From Longimicrobiales bacterium (lineage in GTDB: Bacteria > Gemmatimonadota > Gemmatimonadetes > Longimicrobiales > Gaopeijiaceae), in contig CBDBCF010000001.1 in NCBI GenBank assembly GCA_965202985.1, positions 1,600,001 through 1,664,000 of the forward strand: 64,000 nucleotides of DNA. The letters are read 5' to 3'. Within the stretch, counting starts at the first letter, position 1; each line of letters starts with the position of its first letter. The translations under genes were made by a program, and so were the position numbers. This document shows positions 50,065-60,127 of the stretch, in pieces. A model generated the notes under the pieces. It made no database searches and was not told the origin of the DNA. It worked only from the letters and a program-made list of their open reading frames with translations.

Positions 50065-51165
50065 ATGTCGGTAGCGAAAAACCGCACTCGCGGCCCTCGG
50101 CGCCTCTTGTGCTTCTCAACGGGGCCGACCAGGGGGTCGCGGGCCGGGGCAGACGAATACCGGGCGGCCACCGAGGGTTGCGGGCTGGTCCGCCGGGACG
50201 ACCGAAGCCTGTTGCGGGTGCACGGGCGGGCGCCGCGCCGGATGCTCCACGGGATGCTCACGAACGCGATCCCCGATCCGCCGGTCGAAGGGGCCGGCGC
50301 ACGCGCCCTCCTCGGCAAGGCGGCATACGGGGCCGTCCTCACGCCCAAGGGCCGCATGATCACCGATTTGACGACCTATTGGCTGGGCATCGGCGAGTCC
50401 GACGGCATCGCGCTGTCCGTCTCCGCAGCGGCCATTCAGTCGACCAAGACCCACTTTGCCCGGTTCCTGCCTCCGCGCTTCGCGCAGGTGGAGGAGCTGG
50501 GCGAAGGCGCAGGAAACGACGATCCGGTCGGACTGCTGACGGCGACAGGGCCTCTGGCGGAAGAGGTGGTTCGCGCCGCCGCCGGCATGGCCCCGGACGA
50601 GGGATACGCGCTGATCGAAGGCGGACCGGGGTGCGCAAACGGCGTCCTGGTGGCCCGGGGGATCGAGCAGGCGGGGCCGTCTTGGGACGTCTGGGCGCAT
50701 GGCGACGCGCTTCGGGACTTCCGTGGGCGGCTGGAAGAGGCCGGCGCCGTTCCCGTGGGTCCGGAGGTTTGGGAAGCGCTGCGCGTCGAAGCCGGTTTTC
50801 CCCGCTACGGGGCGGACATGGACGAGACGACGATCCCTATCGAGGCGGGGCTGGAAGACCGGGCCTTCGACCACGACAAGGGCTGCTACACCGGCCAGGA
50901 GGTAATCGTGCGTATCCTCCACCGCGGACACGTGAATTGGCATCTGCGCGCCCTGCGGTTCGGCGACACGGGGGCCGGGCCGGGCGACAAGCTCTTCGAG
51001 CCCGGGGGGACCAAGGTCCGAGGTCGGGTCACCTCCGCGACGGAGTCGCCGCGGTTCGGCCAGAGGATAGGCCTGGGCTACGTGCGCAGAGAGGTGGAAC
51101 CGCCGGCGACCTTGCGGCTGGGAGACGGCGACGGAGCGCCCGTAGGCGTGGAGGCGCTGGCGTAG
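50065..51165 (+). CDS. ygfZ: YgfZ/GcvT-like folate-binding protein (start uncertain)
   Basis: LTPKGR and KGCYTGQE signature. Confidence 0.85.
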   Translation: MSVAKNRTRGPRRLLCFSTGPTRGSRAGADEYRAATEGCGLVRRDDRSLLRVHGRAPRRMLHGMLTNAIPDPPVEGAGARALLGKAAYGAVLTPKGRMITDLTTYWLGIGESDGIALSVSAAAIQSTKTHFARFLPPRFAQVEELGEGAGNDDPVGLLTATGPLAEEVVRAAAGMAPDEGYALIEGGPGCANGVLVARGIEQAGPSWDVWAHGDALRDFRGRLEEAGAVPVGPEVWEALRVEAGFPRYGADMDETTIPIEAGLEDRAFDHDKGCYTGQEVIVRILHRGHVNWHLRALRFGDTGAGPGDKLFEPGGTKVRGRVTSATESPRFGQRIGLGYVRREVEPPATLRLGDGDGAPVGVEALA

Positions 51166-52229
51166 ACGGCCGCCGCAATGCGCGCTCCGTGCTCGCGGCC
51201 GTTCTCGATGAAGATCTTGTTGGCGTCGAAGCCGGCGGCGATCACGCCCGCGACGTAGACGCCGGGGACGTTGGTCTCCATGGTGGCCGGATCGTGGGCC
51301 GGAATGCCGCTCTCGGGGTGCGCGCGAACGCCCGCGCCGTGCAGCAGGGCGTGGTCGGGACGCCATCCGGTCATCGCAAGGATCCAGTCCGCGGGGTGCT
51401 CGGCCGACGCGCCGGTCTCCAGTTTGACCACCGTGGCCGTGTCCGGGCCAACAGCCGCCACCCGCGACCGCCAGTGCATCGGGATGTCGCCCGCGGCGAT
51501 CCGATTGTCGATGTCCGGCCGGACCCAGGGCTTGACGCCCCGGTCGAAGGCGGCGCCGAAGTGCACCATCCGCACGCGAACCCCGTTCCGGTGCAGCTCC
51601 AGGGCGGCCTCCACGGCCGAGTTGCCGCCGCCCACCACGATCACGTCCTGTCCGTAGTACGGGTACGGCTCGCGGTAGTAGTGCACGATGCGTCCGTCCG
51701 GGTAGGCGTCCGGCCCACCGGGCAGCTCCAGCCGATTCGGCTCGCCGAAGCCTCCGGTGGCGATCGCCACGGCCCTGGCCGCGTAGATCCGCGCTTCGCC
51801 CCTGCCGCCCGGACGCCTGCAAATCGAGCGAACGCGAAAGCGGGGACCCTGGGCGCCCGCGCCGCCGCCGGCCGCGACCGCCGCGATCTCGTCGTACCGC
51901 CGCAGCGCTCCCGTCTCCGCGATCTCGGCAACCTCTTCGTACTGGCGGACCGCCAAGTCGTGATGCCGCACCACGTGGCGATAGTAGGCAAGCGCCTCCC
52001 GCCGCGTCGGCTTGGGGTCCGGGACGGCAAAGGGCACGCCGCCGATCTCCAGCCGCTCCGCCGTGGAGAAGAAGGTCATGTAGTACGGGTAGCGGATCAG
52101 CGACTGGGCAATGCAACCCTTGTCCAGCACCGCGTAGCGCAGACCGCGTTCCTTGGCCGCCACGCCGACGGCCAGGCCGCAAGGACCTGCGCCGACGATC
52201 AGCAGGTCCAGGGCGTCGTCCCGATGCAC
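51078..52229 (-). CDS. YpdA-family FAD-dependent disulfide reductase
   Basis: GAGPCG, FFSTAERLEIG, GGGNSAVEAA and KIFIENGREH motifs. Confidence 0.88.
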   Translation of the reverse strand: MHRDDALDLLIVGAGPCGLAVGVAAKERGLRYAVLDKGCIAQSLIRYPYYMTFFSTAERLEIGGVPFAVPDPKPTRREALAYYRHVVRHHDLAVRQYEEVAEIAETGALRRYDEIAAVAAGGGAGAQGPRFRVRSICRRPGGRGEARIYAARAVAIATGGFGEPNRLELPGGPDAYPDGRIVHYYREPYPYYGQDVIVVGGGNSAVEAALELHRNGVRVRMVHFGAAFDRGVKPWVRPDIDNRIAAGDIPMHWRSRVAAVGPDTATVVKLETGASAEHPADWILAMTGWRPDHALLHGAGVRAHPESGIPAHDPATMETNVPGVYVAGVIAAGFDANKIFIENGREHGARIAAAVYASASTPTGAPSPSPSRKVAGGSTSLRT

Positions 52230-52239
52230 TCTTCTGGTT

Positions 52240-53757
52240 CTAGTTGACGGGTTGCCCGCCCTTGCCCACTACGGCTTGGCCCGGCCGGGCGCCCGGCACG
52301 TTCTCTCCGTCCCGGACCACGAACTGGCCGTTCACCAGCACGTGGGCCACGCCCCGGGAGTACGACAGATCGTCCTCGAAGGTGGCGGTGTCGATGATCG
52401 ACGCCGGGTCGAAGACCGTGATGTCGGCGTCGGCGCCGGTCTGGATGCGCCCCTTGCGCGTCATTTGGCTCGACATGCCCTCCAGTCGGCGAGCGGGCAT
52501 GAGCGTGATGCGCGCCAGCCCTTCCATGAGCGGGACCAAGCCCTCGTCGCGGACGTAGCGTCCCAGGAAGCGCGAGAACGTGCCGGCGCTGCGCGGATGG
52601 GCGCCCGGCGCGTAGGGCATGCCGTCGGAAGCCACCATGACGAACTCCCGCGACAGCGCTTCGCGTATCCACTCGGGCCGCATCATGTGAATGATCACGG
52701 TGCCGCCCGACGCCCGATAGCGGCGGAAGCTGGCCTCCGTGAGCCGCTCGCCCGTGTCCTGCCACTGAAGGTCGCCGTAGCCGATGCGCAGGTCGTCCTG
52801 CCAGCCAGGATCGAATATGGCGGACTGCAGGCCCGTGGACGCCGCCGTGTAGGGGTACGCCTCCGTGCTGACGTCGAAGCCCCGGTCGCGGACGCCGGCC
52901 ACGAGGTCCATCACCGTGGCGATCTCCCACAGGCTGGAGCTGTTGGCGTGGACGATGTGGAGCGGCGCGCCCGTGACCACCGCGTCCGCGATCACCTCTT
53001 GGATGGCGCCGACGCCCATGCTGCGCACGTGCGTGAAGATCACCGCCTCTTCCTCGGCGGCCAGCTGGAAGACCCGCAGGATCTCTTCGCGCGTGGCCCC
53101 CGGGTAGTACTGGTGCGCCATGCCGACCCCCAGCGCGCCGCCGGCAAGCCCTGCGCGAAGCGCCTCGCGGAGCGCCTCGTGGCGCTCGGGCGGCACCGGG
53201 TCGTAGCGGGCAGCGGACGCGATCCGGCCCACGGCGCGCTCCCCGGCCTCGGCCCCGTTCTCGTAGGCCCGTCGGGCGCGCTCCAGTCCCGGCCGCCCGG
53301 GGACGGCCCACGCCCGAGCGGACATGTGCGACACCGTGGCCCCGAAGTTCAAGACGGCGTCGCCCGCGCGGTGCGCCAGGAACGCCGCCGGATCGGCCAC
53401 GCCGCTCTCCAGCTCGAGCGCCGTGGTGACGCCGTCCCGCGCCTGGAACTCGTTGGCCCGGTTGGTCTGTCCGTGCGCGTGCAGATCGATGAACCCCGGC
53501 GCCACCACGAGCCCCGCCACGTCCACGATCACGTCCCCGTCCAGCGGCTCTTCCGACACCGCCGCGATCTCGGAGCCCACGATGCCCACGTCGCGCACCG
53601 CGTCCAGTGCCGTCTCCGGGTCGATCACGCGACCGCCCCGAAGAACGACGTCGTAGCGTGCGGTCGACTGGGCCGCGACGCCGGCGGGCGCGACAAACAG
53701 GGCGACCGCGACGACGGCGACCGCGACGCGGAGGAACGCTGACGCTCTCGCTCTCAC
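52240..53757 (-). CDS. exported amidohydrolase (D-aminoacylase/dihydroorotase-like)
   Basis: PGFIDLHAH, ASDG, HPRSAGTF and GADADITVFDP motifs; signal peptide. Confidence 0.88.
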   Translation of the reverse strand: MRARASAFLRVAVAVVAVALFVAPAGVAAQSTARYDVVLRGGRVIDPETALDAVRDVGIVGSEIAAVSEEPLDGDVIVDVAGLVVAPGFIDLHAHGQTNRANEFQARDGVTTALELESGVADPAAFLAHRAGDAVLNFGATVSHMSARAWAVPGRPGLERARRAYENGAEAGERAVGRIASAARYDPVPPERHEALREALRAGLAGGALGVGMAHQYYPGATREEILRVFQLAAEEEAVIFTHVRSMGVGAIQEVIADAVVTGAPLHIVHANSSSLWEIATVMDLVAGVRDRGFDVSTEAYPYTAASTGLQSAIFDPGWQDDLRIGYGDLQWQDTGERLTEASFRRYRASGGTVIIHMMRPEWIREALSREFVMVASDGMPYAPGAHPRSAGTFSRFLGRYVRDEGLVPLMEGLARITLMPARRLEGMSSQMTRKGRIQTGADADITVFDPASIIDTATFEDDLSYSRGVAHVLVNGQFVVRDGENVPGARPGQAVVGKGGQPVN

Positions 53758-53886
53758 GATGGGCGGCTCCGGTGGTTTGAGGCTGGGGGGACGAACAATC
53801 GTAACCCGCGACGGGCGGGGCGCAATGTCCCGGGTCCGGGACGCAATGCCAGGCGCGCAAGTCCTAGGGCGCGCAAGTCGGGAAGC

Positions 53887-53915
53887 TTGATGTCCTCCGC
53901 TCTCTTGCGTATCTT
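53887..53915 (+). promoter_or_regulatory. putative sigma-70 promoter of the tRNA pair
   Basis: TTGATG-N17-TATCTT ending 20 nt before tRNA-Glu. Confidence 0.55.
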
Positions 53916-53935
53916 GCCCGTCCGTTCCTTGAAAT

Positions 53936-54008
53936 GCCCCCATCGTCTAGTGGCCTAGGATACCTGGTTCTCAGCCAGGAGACCGGGGTTCGATTCCCCG
54001 TGGGGGTA
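53936..54008 (+). tRNA. tRNA-Glu(CTC)
   Basis: Cloverleaf: acceptor GCCCCCA/TGGGGGT, anticodon arm CCTGG-TTCTCAG-CCAGG, T-loop TTCGATT; no encoded CCA. Confidence 0.95.
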
Positions 54009-54033
54009 TTCGGCGGCGACCGCGTCGCCGTTC

Positions 54034-54106
54034 GGTCGCTTAGCTCAGTCGGTAGAGCACTACGCTCACATCGTAGGGGTCGCTGGTTCGAGTCCAGCAG
54101 CGACCA
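54034..54106 (+). tRNA. tRNA-Val(CAC)
   Basis: Cloverleaf: acceptor GGTCGCT/AGCGACC, anticodon arm CTACG-CTCACAT-CGTAG, T-loop TTCGAGT. Confidence 0.95.
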
Positions 54107-54111
54107 TTGAA

Positions 54112-55059
54112 ATGACCCCACGGCGTTCGGAACGCGCATCGGCGCTCGCGAAACGGGAACCGGCGTCCAGGACGGAACCGGCGTCCACGACGACGCCGAG
54201 AGCCGCCCTCGCTCTCCTGGCCCTCTGTTGCGGGGTCGCCCTGGGCCTGTCGCCCGTCTCCGTCCGCGCCGTCCCCCAGCGCACCGCCGCCACCCGGCCG
54301 ATCCTGTCGTTCGACTCCCTGGTGGCTGCTCCAGCCCCTCTTCCGGCGGAGGCCTCCCGTCCGGCCCCGGCTTCTCGGATTGCCCCGCGCGCGTCCGCGT
54401 CCCTCCGCTGGCCAGGCGGCTGGGCCCAGGTCCGCTTCGGCGGCGACGGCGCCACCGACTACTGGGTCACGGAGCTGGACGGCGAGCCGGCACTGTGCGC
54501 GGAGAGCCGCAACCACGCCTCGGCCTTGGTGCGAAGCTTGTCCTTCGATGCCGAGACGCATCCGATCCTGCGGTTCCGCTTCCGGGTGGAGGACGTGGTG
54601 CCCGGCGCCGACGGCCGCGAGAAGAAGAGGGACGACTTCGCCGCCCGCATCTTCGTCAACTTCGAGTTCGACCGCGAGAACGAAAGCCTCCTGTCCCGCC
54701 TTGCCCACGCCGCGTCCGAGCGCATGAAGGAGCGCGAGCTGCCCGGCCGGGCGCTGAACTACGTGTGGGGCGCCGCGACGCCCGCCGGCACCCAGATGCC
54801 CAGCCCGTACACCGACCGCGTGTCCGTCGTGGTCGTGGCCTCGGGCAAGCCCCGCCGCCCGGTGTGGCGGGCGTTCGAGCGCGACGTGGTCGCCGACTTC
54901 ATCGCGGCGTTCGGACATCCGCCGCCGCCCGTCCACAGCGTCGGCGTCATGTCGGACTCGGACGACACGGGCACGCGCGCGTCGGCCTGCTTCGGAGAGA
55001 TCACGGCGGCCACCGTCTTCGGCGCAACCGGAGACGCCTCGGCGAACCGTCGTCCGTAG
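54112..55059 (+). CDS. DUF3047-like protein
   Basis: DDFAARIFV, ALNYVW, ERDVVADF and MSDSDDTG motifs. Confidence 0.78.
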   Translation: MTPRRSERASALAKREPASRTEPASTTTPRAALALLALCCGVALGLSPVSVRAVPQRTAATRPILSFDSLVAAPAPLPAEASRPAPASRIAPRASASLRWPGGWAQVRFGGDGATDYWVTELDGEPALCAESRNHASALVRSLSFDAETHPILRFRFRVEDVVPGADGREKKRDDFAARIFVNFEFDRENESLLSRLAHAASERMKERELPGRALNYVWGAATPAGTQMPSPYTDRVSVVVVASGKPRRPVWRAFERDVVADFIAAFGHPPPPVHSVGVMSDSDDTGTRASACFGEITAATVFGATGDASANRRP

Positions 55060-55092
55060 ACGGCGCGCTCGACGACCACCTCGCAGTTCGCG

Positions 55093-58000
55093 CTACCGCC
55101 TCCGGTCCCAGTAGTCCACGGGGAGGTCGTCCATCCGCCATGCGTCCGGCTCCACCCACCAGTGCTCGCCGTAGGGCGCGCGGGTGGGCCACACCTCGTC
55201 CAAGGTGACCGCGTCTCGCGCGATCCCGCCCTGCACCACGTACAGGATGTCGGTCGTGTTGCGGATGTCGTCCAAGGGGTTGGAGTCGAGCACCAGCAGG
55301 TCGGCCAGCTTGCCGGGCTCGATTGTGCCGATGTCCTGGTCCGCGCCCAAGAAGACGGCGCCGTGCACGCTTGCCACCTCCAGCGCCGTCATGGGATCGG
55401 ACGCCGACTCCGCCATCCATATCTCCCAGTGCGACGCGATCCCGTGGGCCTGTCCATGGGAGCCGATGGCGCCCCAGCCGCCGGCCTCGATCACGTCCAT
55501 CATGCCTTGCGCGATCAAGGGGAAGCTGTAGTCGGTCTCGGGTCTGATCCAGCGCCGCCGCATGTGCGGAATCACCTGGCGCCAGGGCATCCACTGCCGC
55601 TGCTTCTCGTCCAGCCAAGCCTCGCTTTCGGCCAGGAAGTACTCCTCGTTCCACGGCCCAATGCCGCCGACGACGAACGTAGGCGAATACGTGGCGCCGG
55701 CCAGCCCCAGGAACCGGCTCAAGTCGCCGTACATGGGCAAGTAGGTCATGGGATGCTCGAAGCCCGTGTGCCCGTCCATGATCATGCCGATCGTGTAGGG
55801 GGTGTCGTTGTTCTCCGACGTGACCATGAGCCCCTTGGCCCGTGCGATCTCGGACACCCACTGCCGCTGGTCTCGGCGCGGCTGCATGTACTGCTTCAAC
55901 GCCGTCGCCCCCCACGACGCCAAGCGGTTGACGTTCTGCTCGGCCGCCTCGTAGCTGGACAGCTGGTTCTGCCTGGCGCCGTTGCCCCGGTAGAGCGGAT
56001 CGCCCGTGGAGAACGTGCGCGGCCCCGCCACTGCGCCGGCCCGAATCAGCTCGCCGCTGGCGAACACGTTCTGCGACCACATGGAGTTGTCCAGGTTGGT
56101 CGTGACGCCGTACGCCAAGTACACGGCCGACTCGAAGTCGCGCTTGGGGATCAGTCCCCGGTGCTCTCGGTAGTGGTGCGCGTGCATGTCCACGAATCCG
56201 GGCACGATCGTCTTGCCCGTCATGTCCAGCATCTCGGAAGCGCCCGACGTGTCGCACTCGCCCACGCACGCGATGCGGCTGCCCTCGACCAGCACGGTTC
56301 CGTTCTCGACCACCTGCCGGTCGTTCAGCGTGACGATCCGGGCGTTGGTCAGCGCCAGGACGCCTTCGGGGATGCGGCGCGGCACCCGCAGGTCGACGAC
56401 CATCGTGTCCGTGACGCCGGTCGCTGCGTCGTGCACGAAGAAGCGGTCCGCGCTGCCGTACTCGAGCTCGTCGTTCGTGCGCCAGCGGGGGTAGAGCCCG
56501 CCCTCGGTGGTGAGGCGGACGACCGGAACCGGCGCGTTCTCCTTGGTCAGCGCCACGGGCTCTCCGCCCGTTCCGCCCGGGGGCAGCGGCGCCCAGAAGA
56601 CGTTGTCGCCCTCCTGGAAGGCCACGCGACTGCCGTCGGGAGAGATCACGAACTCGTCGCCGAACGGGATCGTGGCGTGCGCGCGCAGATCGGAGCCGTC
56701 CCTGCGCACCGACGTCAGCGCTGTCACGGTGCCGCCGCCCTCGGACTCTTGGCGCGAGGGAAAGTAGATGCGCCCGCCGGGGCCGAACGAGGCGCGAACG
56801 ATCTGGCGTCGGTTGCCCAGCAGGCCCTCGACGCCTCGGGGCAAGGTCATGATCCGCTCTTCCCCGCTGCCGTCGGCCGGCACGCGCCAAAGCTCCCAGT
56901 ACGGGTTCTGCGTCGCCGAGCGGGCACGGGAAGCGGCGCCCGAACCCCTTGTCGCCACGATCTCGGAACCGTCGAGGCTCCACACCGGATGCACGTACTC
57001 GGAGGACGACGTGGTCAGCCGCTGCGGTCCGCTTCCGCCGCCGTCCGCCCGAGTCTTCCAGATGTGGCCGCCGTCCGCGCCGCCCCAAGTGGCGTAGGCG
57101 ATCCACTGCCCGTCGGGAGACCACGCCGGCGAGTATTCGAAGGGGCCGTCGCCGGTCGTGAGTCGCTCGGGTTGGCCGCCGTCCGCCGCCGCGATCCACA
57201 CGCGCCCCACGGCTTGGAAGGCGATCCGCGATCGGTCGGGCGAAGCGCCGTACCAGCGCAGCATCTTGGCTTGGAAGGGGTCGTCGTCGATCCGGAAGCT
57301 GGCGCGGGCCATCTCGGAGATCGTGCGCCGCACGCGCGCCGTGAACGGCACCGTGGTCACCTCCCCGCCGGCCACGTCCAACCTGCGTATCTTGCCCCCC
57401 TGCGTCACGACGATGCCCGAACCGTCGGCGGTCCACGCGTACCCCGGCAGAATGCGCAGCGTCTTGATCCCCTCGGCGTTGTCCACCGTGATCGGGTCCA
57501 TCGCCACGCGCTCCCGTCCCGTCTCCAAGTCGCGGATCCACAGCGCCGCGCGCGGCCCGAAGGTGTGGCCCCGGTACGAGATCGTGCCCCCGGCGATCCG
57601 CCGCGCAAAGGCCAAGTAGCGCCCGTCCGGCGAGATCTCGGCCGCGTAGGCGCTGCCGCTGGACGCGCGAACCTGCTGCGCCGCCGTGCCGTCGGTGACG
57701 AGCGTCACTTCGCCGGTCTCCAAGTCCATGCGTCGCACCTGCCAGTGCCCGGCCATGGCGTCCCTACCCTGAAGCCCCGGCGGCCCCGTGTACACGTGGA
57801 AGTACAGGTGGCGCCCGTCCTTCGACGGCGAAGGCCACGCAGCCTGGGGCTGGTCGGCGACCACCTGCACGCCCTTGCCCCCGTCCCTATGGTACATCCA
57901 GATGCCGCCTGTTGCCGCCCCGAGTCCGGGCGGCAGGCTCTGTCGCCGCACGAAGACGTAGTTGCCGTCCGCCGACCACGCCGGCTCCAAGGCGCGGACC

Positions 58001-58434
58001 ATCGGCTCCTCGAAGACCGCCCTGGCGTTCGATCCGTCGGCGTCCATGATCCACAGGTTGTTCTGGCCCTTGCGGTCGCTGATGAAGGCGATCGATGCGC
58101 CGTCGGGCGAGTAGCGCGGATGGTAGTGGGTCGCAACGCCGGTGCCGCCGGTGAGCAGCTGGGCCTCGCCGCCGCCCTCCGCCGGCACCCGGTAGACGTG
58201 TCCCAGCAGGTCGAAGGCGATCCAGCGCCCGTCCGGCGAGATGTCCAGGGACATCCAGGTGCCTTCGTCGGTGGTGAAGTCGATCTCCCTGGTCTCGCCC
58301 CGCGCAAGCGTCACGTCCCATTCGTCCGCCTGGGCGTCGTCTTCCTGGGCGACGACGGGAGCGGGGGACGCGAGGGCGAAGACGGCGAAGACGACGAGCG
58401 GGGCGGAGAGGCGGGAGAAAGAGGGAGCGCACAC
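55093..58434 (-). CDS. exported protein: TolB/PD40 beta-propeller repeats plus amidohydrolase domain
   Basis: Multiple SPDG repeats, then PGFVDMHAH and GKLADLLVLDSNPL. Confidence 0.9.
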   Translation of the reverse strand: MCAPSFSRLSAPLVVFAVFALASPAPVVAQEDDAQADEWDVTLARGETREIDFTTDEGTWMSLDISPDGRWIAFDLLGHVYRVPAEGGGEAQLLTGGTGVATHYHPRYSPDGASIAFISDRKGQNNLWIMDADGSNARAVFEEPMVRALEPAWSADGNYVFVRRQSLPPGLGAATGGIWMYHRDGGKGVQVVADQPQAAWPSPSKDGRHLYFHVYTGPPGLQGRDAMAGHWQVRRMDLETGEVTLVTDGTAAQQVRASSGSAYAAEISPDGRYLAFARRIAGGTISYRGHTFGPRAALWIRDLETGRERVAMDPITVDNAEGIKTLRILPGYAWTADGSGIVVTQGGKIRRLDVAGGEVTTVPFTARVRRTISEMARASFRIDDDPFQAKMLRWYGASPDRSRIAFQAVGRVWIAAADGGQPERLTTGDGPFEYSPAWSPDGQWIAYATWGGADGGHIWKTRADGGGSGPQRLTTSSSEYVHPVWSLDGSEIVATRGSGAASRARSATQNPYWELWRVPADGSGEERIMTLPRGVEGLLGNRRQIVRASFGPGGRIYFPSRQESEGGGTVTALTSVRRDGSDLRAHATIPFGDEFVISPDGSRVAFQEGDNVFWAPLPPGGTGGEPVALTKENAPVPVVRLTTEGGLYPRWRTNDELEYGSADRFFVHDAATGVTDTMVVDLRVPRRIPEGVLALTNARIVTLNDRQVVENGTVLVEGSRIACVGECDTSGASEMLDMTGKTIVPGFVDMHAHHYREHRGLIPKRDFESAVYLAYGVTTNLDNSMWSQNVFASGELIRAGAVAGPRTFSTGDPLYRGNGARQNQLSSYEAAEQNVNRLASWGATALKQYMQPRRDQRQWVSEIARAKGLMVTSENNDTPYTIGMIMDGHTGFEHPMTYLPMYGDLSRFLGLAGATYSPTFVVGGIGPWNEEYFLAESEAWLDEKQRQWMPWRQVIPHMRRRWIRPETDYSFPLIAQGMMDVIEAGGWGAIGSHGQAHGIASHWEIWMAESASDPMTALEVASVHGAVFLGADQDIGTIEPGKLADLLVLDSNPLDDIRNTTDILYVVQGGIARDAVTLDEVWPTRAPYGEHWWVEPDAWRMDDLPVDYWDRRR

Positions 58435-58579
58435 GGGGTCCTCCGGGTCGAACGGCGCCTGCGAGCGGGATATGGAACGGGGTGAAGTAGCGCCGCAACC
58501 GGGGCCGGGCAAGAAGTTGCGCGCCGATGTCGTCCGAGTTGCCCTCCGGACCGTTCCTGGCCATTCTACCTTTCTTCCC

Positions 58580-60121
58580 ATGGCAATCGAGAACCCTAGC
58601 GGCGGGCGCGGCAAGGCGGTCGGCCTTTGGCTGGGTCCCGCGCTGGCCGTGCTGTTCCTGGCGTTTCCGGTAGCGCCGGACAACATGCCCGCAAGTCGGT
58701 TGGCGGCGGTGGCGGTGCTCATGGCCGTGTGGTGGGTCACCGACGCCATTCCCCTCTTCGCCACGGCGCTGGTCCCCCTGGTCCTGTACCCGCTCCTGTC
58801 GATCATGGACGGGGGCGACACCGCGCCGCTCTACTTCAACAGCACCATCGTGCTCTTCATCGGCGGCTTCATGATCGCCCTGACGATGGAGAAGTGGAAC
58901 CTGCACCGTCGCATCGCCCTGAACATCATCCACTTCGTGGGCGGCGGTCCGGCGCGCATCGTCCTGGGGTTCATGCTGGCGGCGGCGTTCCTGTCCATGT
59001 GGATCTCCAACACGGCCACGGCGGTCATGATGGTGCCGATCGGCTTGGCGATCGTGCTCCAGATCGAGGACGCGGCCCAGGACAAGGCGCGCCCCCTGAC
59101 CGTGGGACTCATGCTGGGGATCGCCTACGGCTGCTCCGTGGGCGGCCTTACGACGCTGGTGGGCACGCCGCCCAACCTGACCTTCCAGCGCATGTTCGAG
59201 ATCCTGTTCCCCGATGCGCCGGGCATCTCCTTCGGCCAGTGGATGATCATGGCGCTTCCCATCGGAGCCGTCATGCTGGCGGTGTCGTGGTTCCTGATCA
59301 CCCACGTGTTCTTTCGCGTGCCGGAGGGCGTCTCGGTGGACAGGACCGTCGTGGAGAAGGAGCGCGCGCGCCTCGGGCCGGTTTCGTTCGAAGAGCGGGT
59401 CGTGACGGCGGTCTTCGCCCTGACCGCGCTCCTTTGGGTGTTCCGGGGCGACTTGCGCGTGGGCCTCTTCACGATCCCGGGCTGGTCCAACTTGCTCCCC
59501 GACCCCGGGTTGGTGGACGACGGCACCGTGGCGATCGCCATGGCTTCGGTGCTCTTCTTCGTACCCGCGCGAAACCGGGAGCACGGCGACACGCGGGTCA
59601 TGGGCCCCGGCGTGATACCGCGCCTGCCTTGGAACATCGTGCTGCTGCTGGGGGGCGGCTTCGTGCTGGCGGCCGGCTTTCAGGAGACGGGCTTGGCCCG
59701 GATCATCGGCGACCAGTTCCAGGCGCTGGGGAACCTTCCCACCTTCGGCCTGATCCTTCTGGTGTGCCTGTCGCTCACCTTCCTGACGGAGCTGACCAGC
59801 AACACGGCGACCACCGAGATGATCCTTCCGATCCTGGCCTCCGTCGCCGTGGCCACGGGCATCCATCCGCTGGTGCTCATGATCCCCGCCACGCTGTCGG
59901 CTTCGTGCGCCTTCATGATGCCGGTGGCCACGCCGCCCAACTCCATCGTCTTCGGCAGCAACCGCATCACGGTGAGCGAGATGGCCCGCACCGGCATCTT
60001 CCTGAACCTGATCGGCGTCGTGGTGATCGCCGTGGTCGTGTTCACGGTGGGGCTGGTCGTCTTCGACATCGACCCGGCGGTGGTGCCGGAGTGGGCTTCG
60101 TCGCTGTCGGGAGAGCCGTAG
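58580..60121 (+). CDS. DASS/SLC13 family anion transporter
   Basis: LSMWISNTAT, GTPPN, TELTSNTAT and PVATPPN motifs. Confidence 0.93.
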   Translation: MAIENPSGGRGKAVGLWLGPALAVLFLAFPVAPDNMPASRLAAVAVLMAVWWVTDAIPLFATALVPLVLYPLLSIMDGGDTAPLYFNSTIVLFIGGFMIALTMEKWNLHRRIALNIIHFVGGGPARIVLGFMLAAAFLSMWISNTATAVMMVPIGLAIVLQIEDAAQDKARPLTVGLMLGIAYGCSVGGLTTLVGTPPNLTFQRMFEILFPDAPGISFGQWMIMALPIGAVMLAVSWFLITHVFFRVPEGVSVDRTVVEKERARLGPVSFEERVVTAVFALTALLWVFRGDLRVGLFTIPGWSNLLPDPGLVDDGTVAIAMASVLFFVPARNREHGDTRVMGPGVIPRLPWNIVLLLGGGFVLAAGFQETGLARIIGDQFQALGNLPTFGLILLVCLSLTFLTELTSNTATTEMILPILASVAVATGIHPLVLMIPATLSASCAFMMPVATPPNSIVFGSNRITVSEMARTGIFLNLIGVVVIAVVVFTVGLVVFDIDPAVVPEWASSLSGEP

Positions 60122-60127
60122 GGGGCG

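Noticed and set aside
49775..50110. Possible riboswitch in the long leader of the triple solute-binding gene
   Set aside because: Only scattered resemblance to aptamer motifs; no consistent fold could be built by eye. An Rfam/Infernal search would decide
51078..51165. Convergent 88-nt overlap of ygfZ and ypdA-like genes as a regulatory feature
   Set aside because: The tail beyond the YpdA domain is low-information; such overlaps are common in high-GC genomes
53936..54106. tRNA pair as integration site of the defence island
   Set aside because: It is 14 kb from the island; no duplicated tRNA 3' end or integrase was seen
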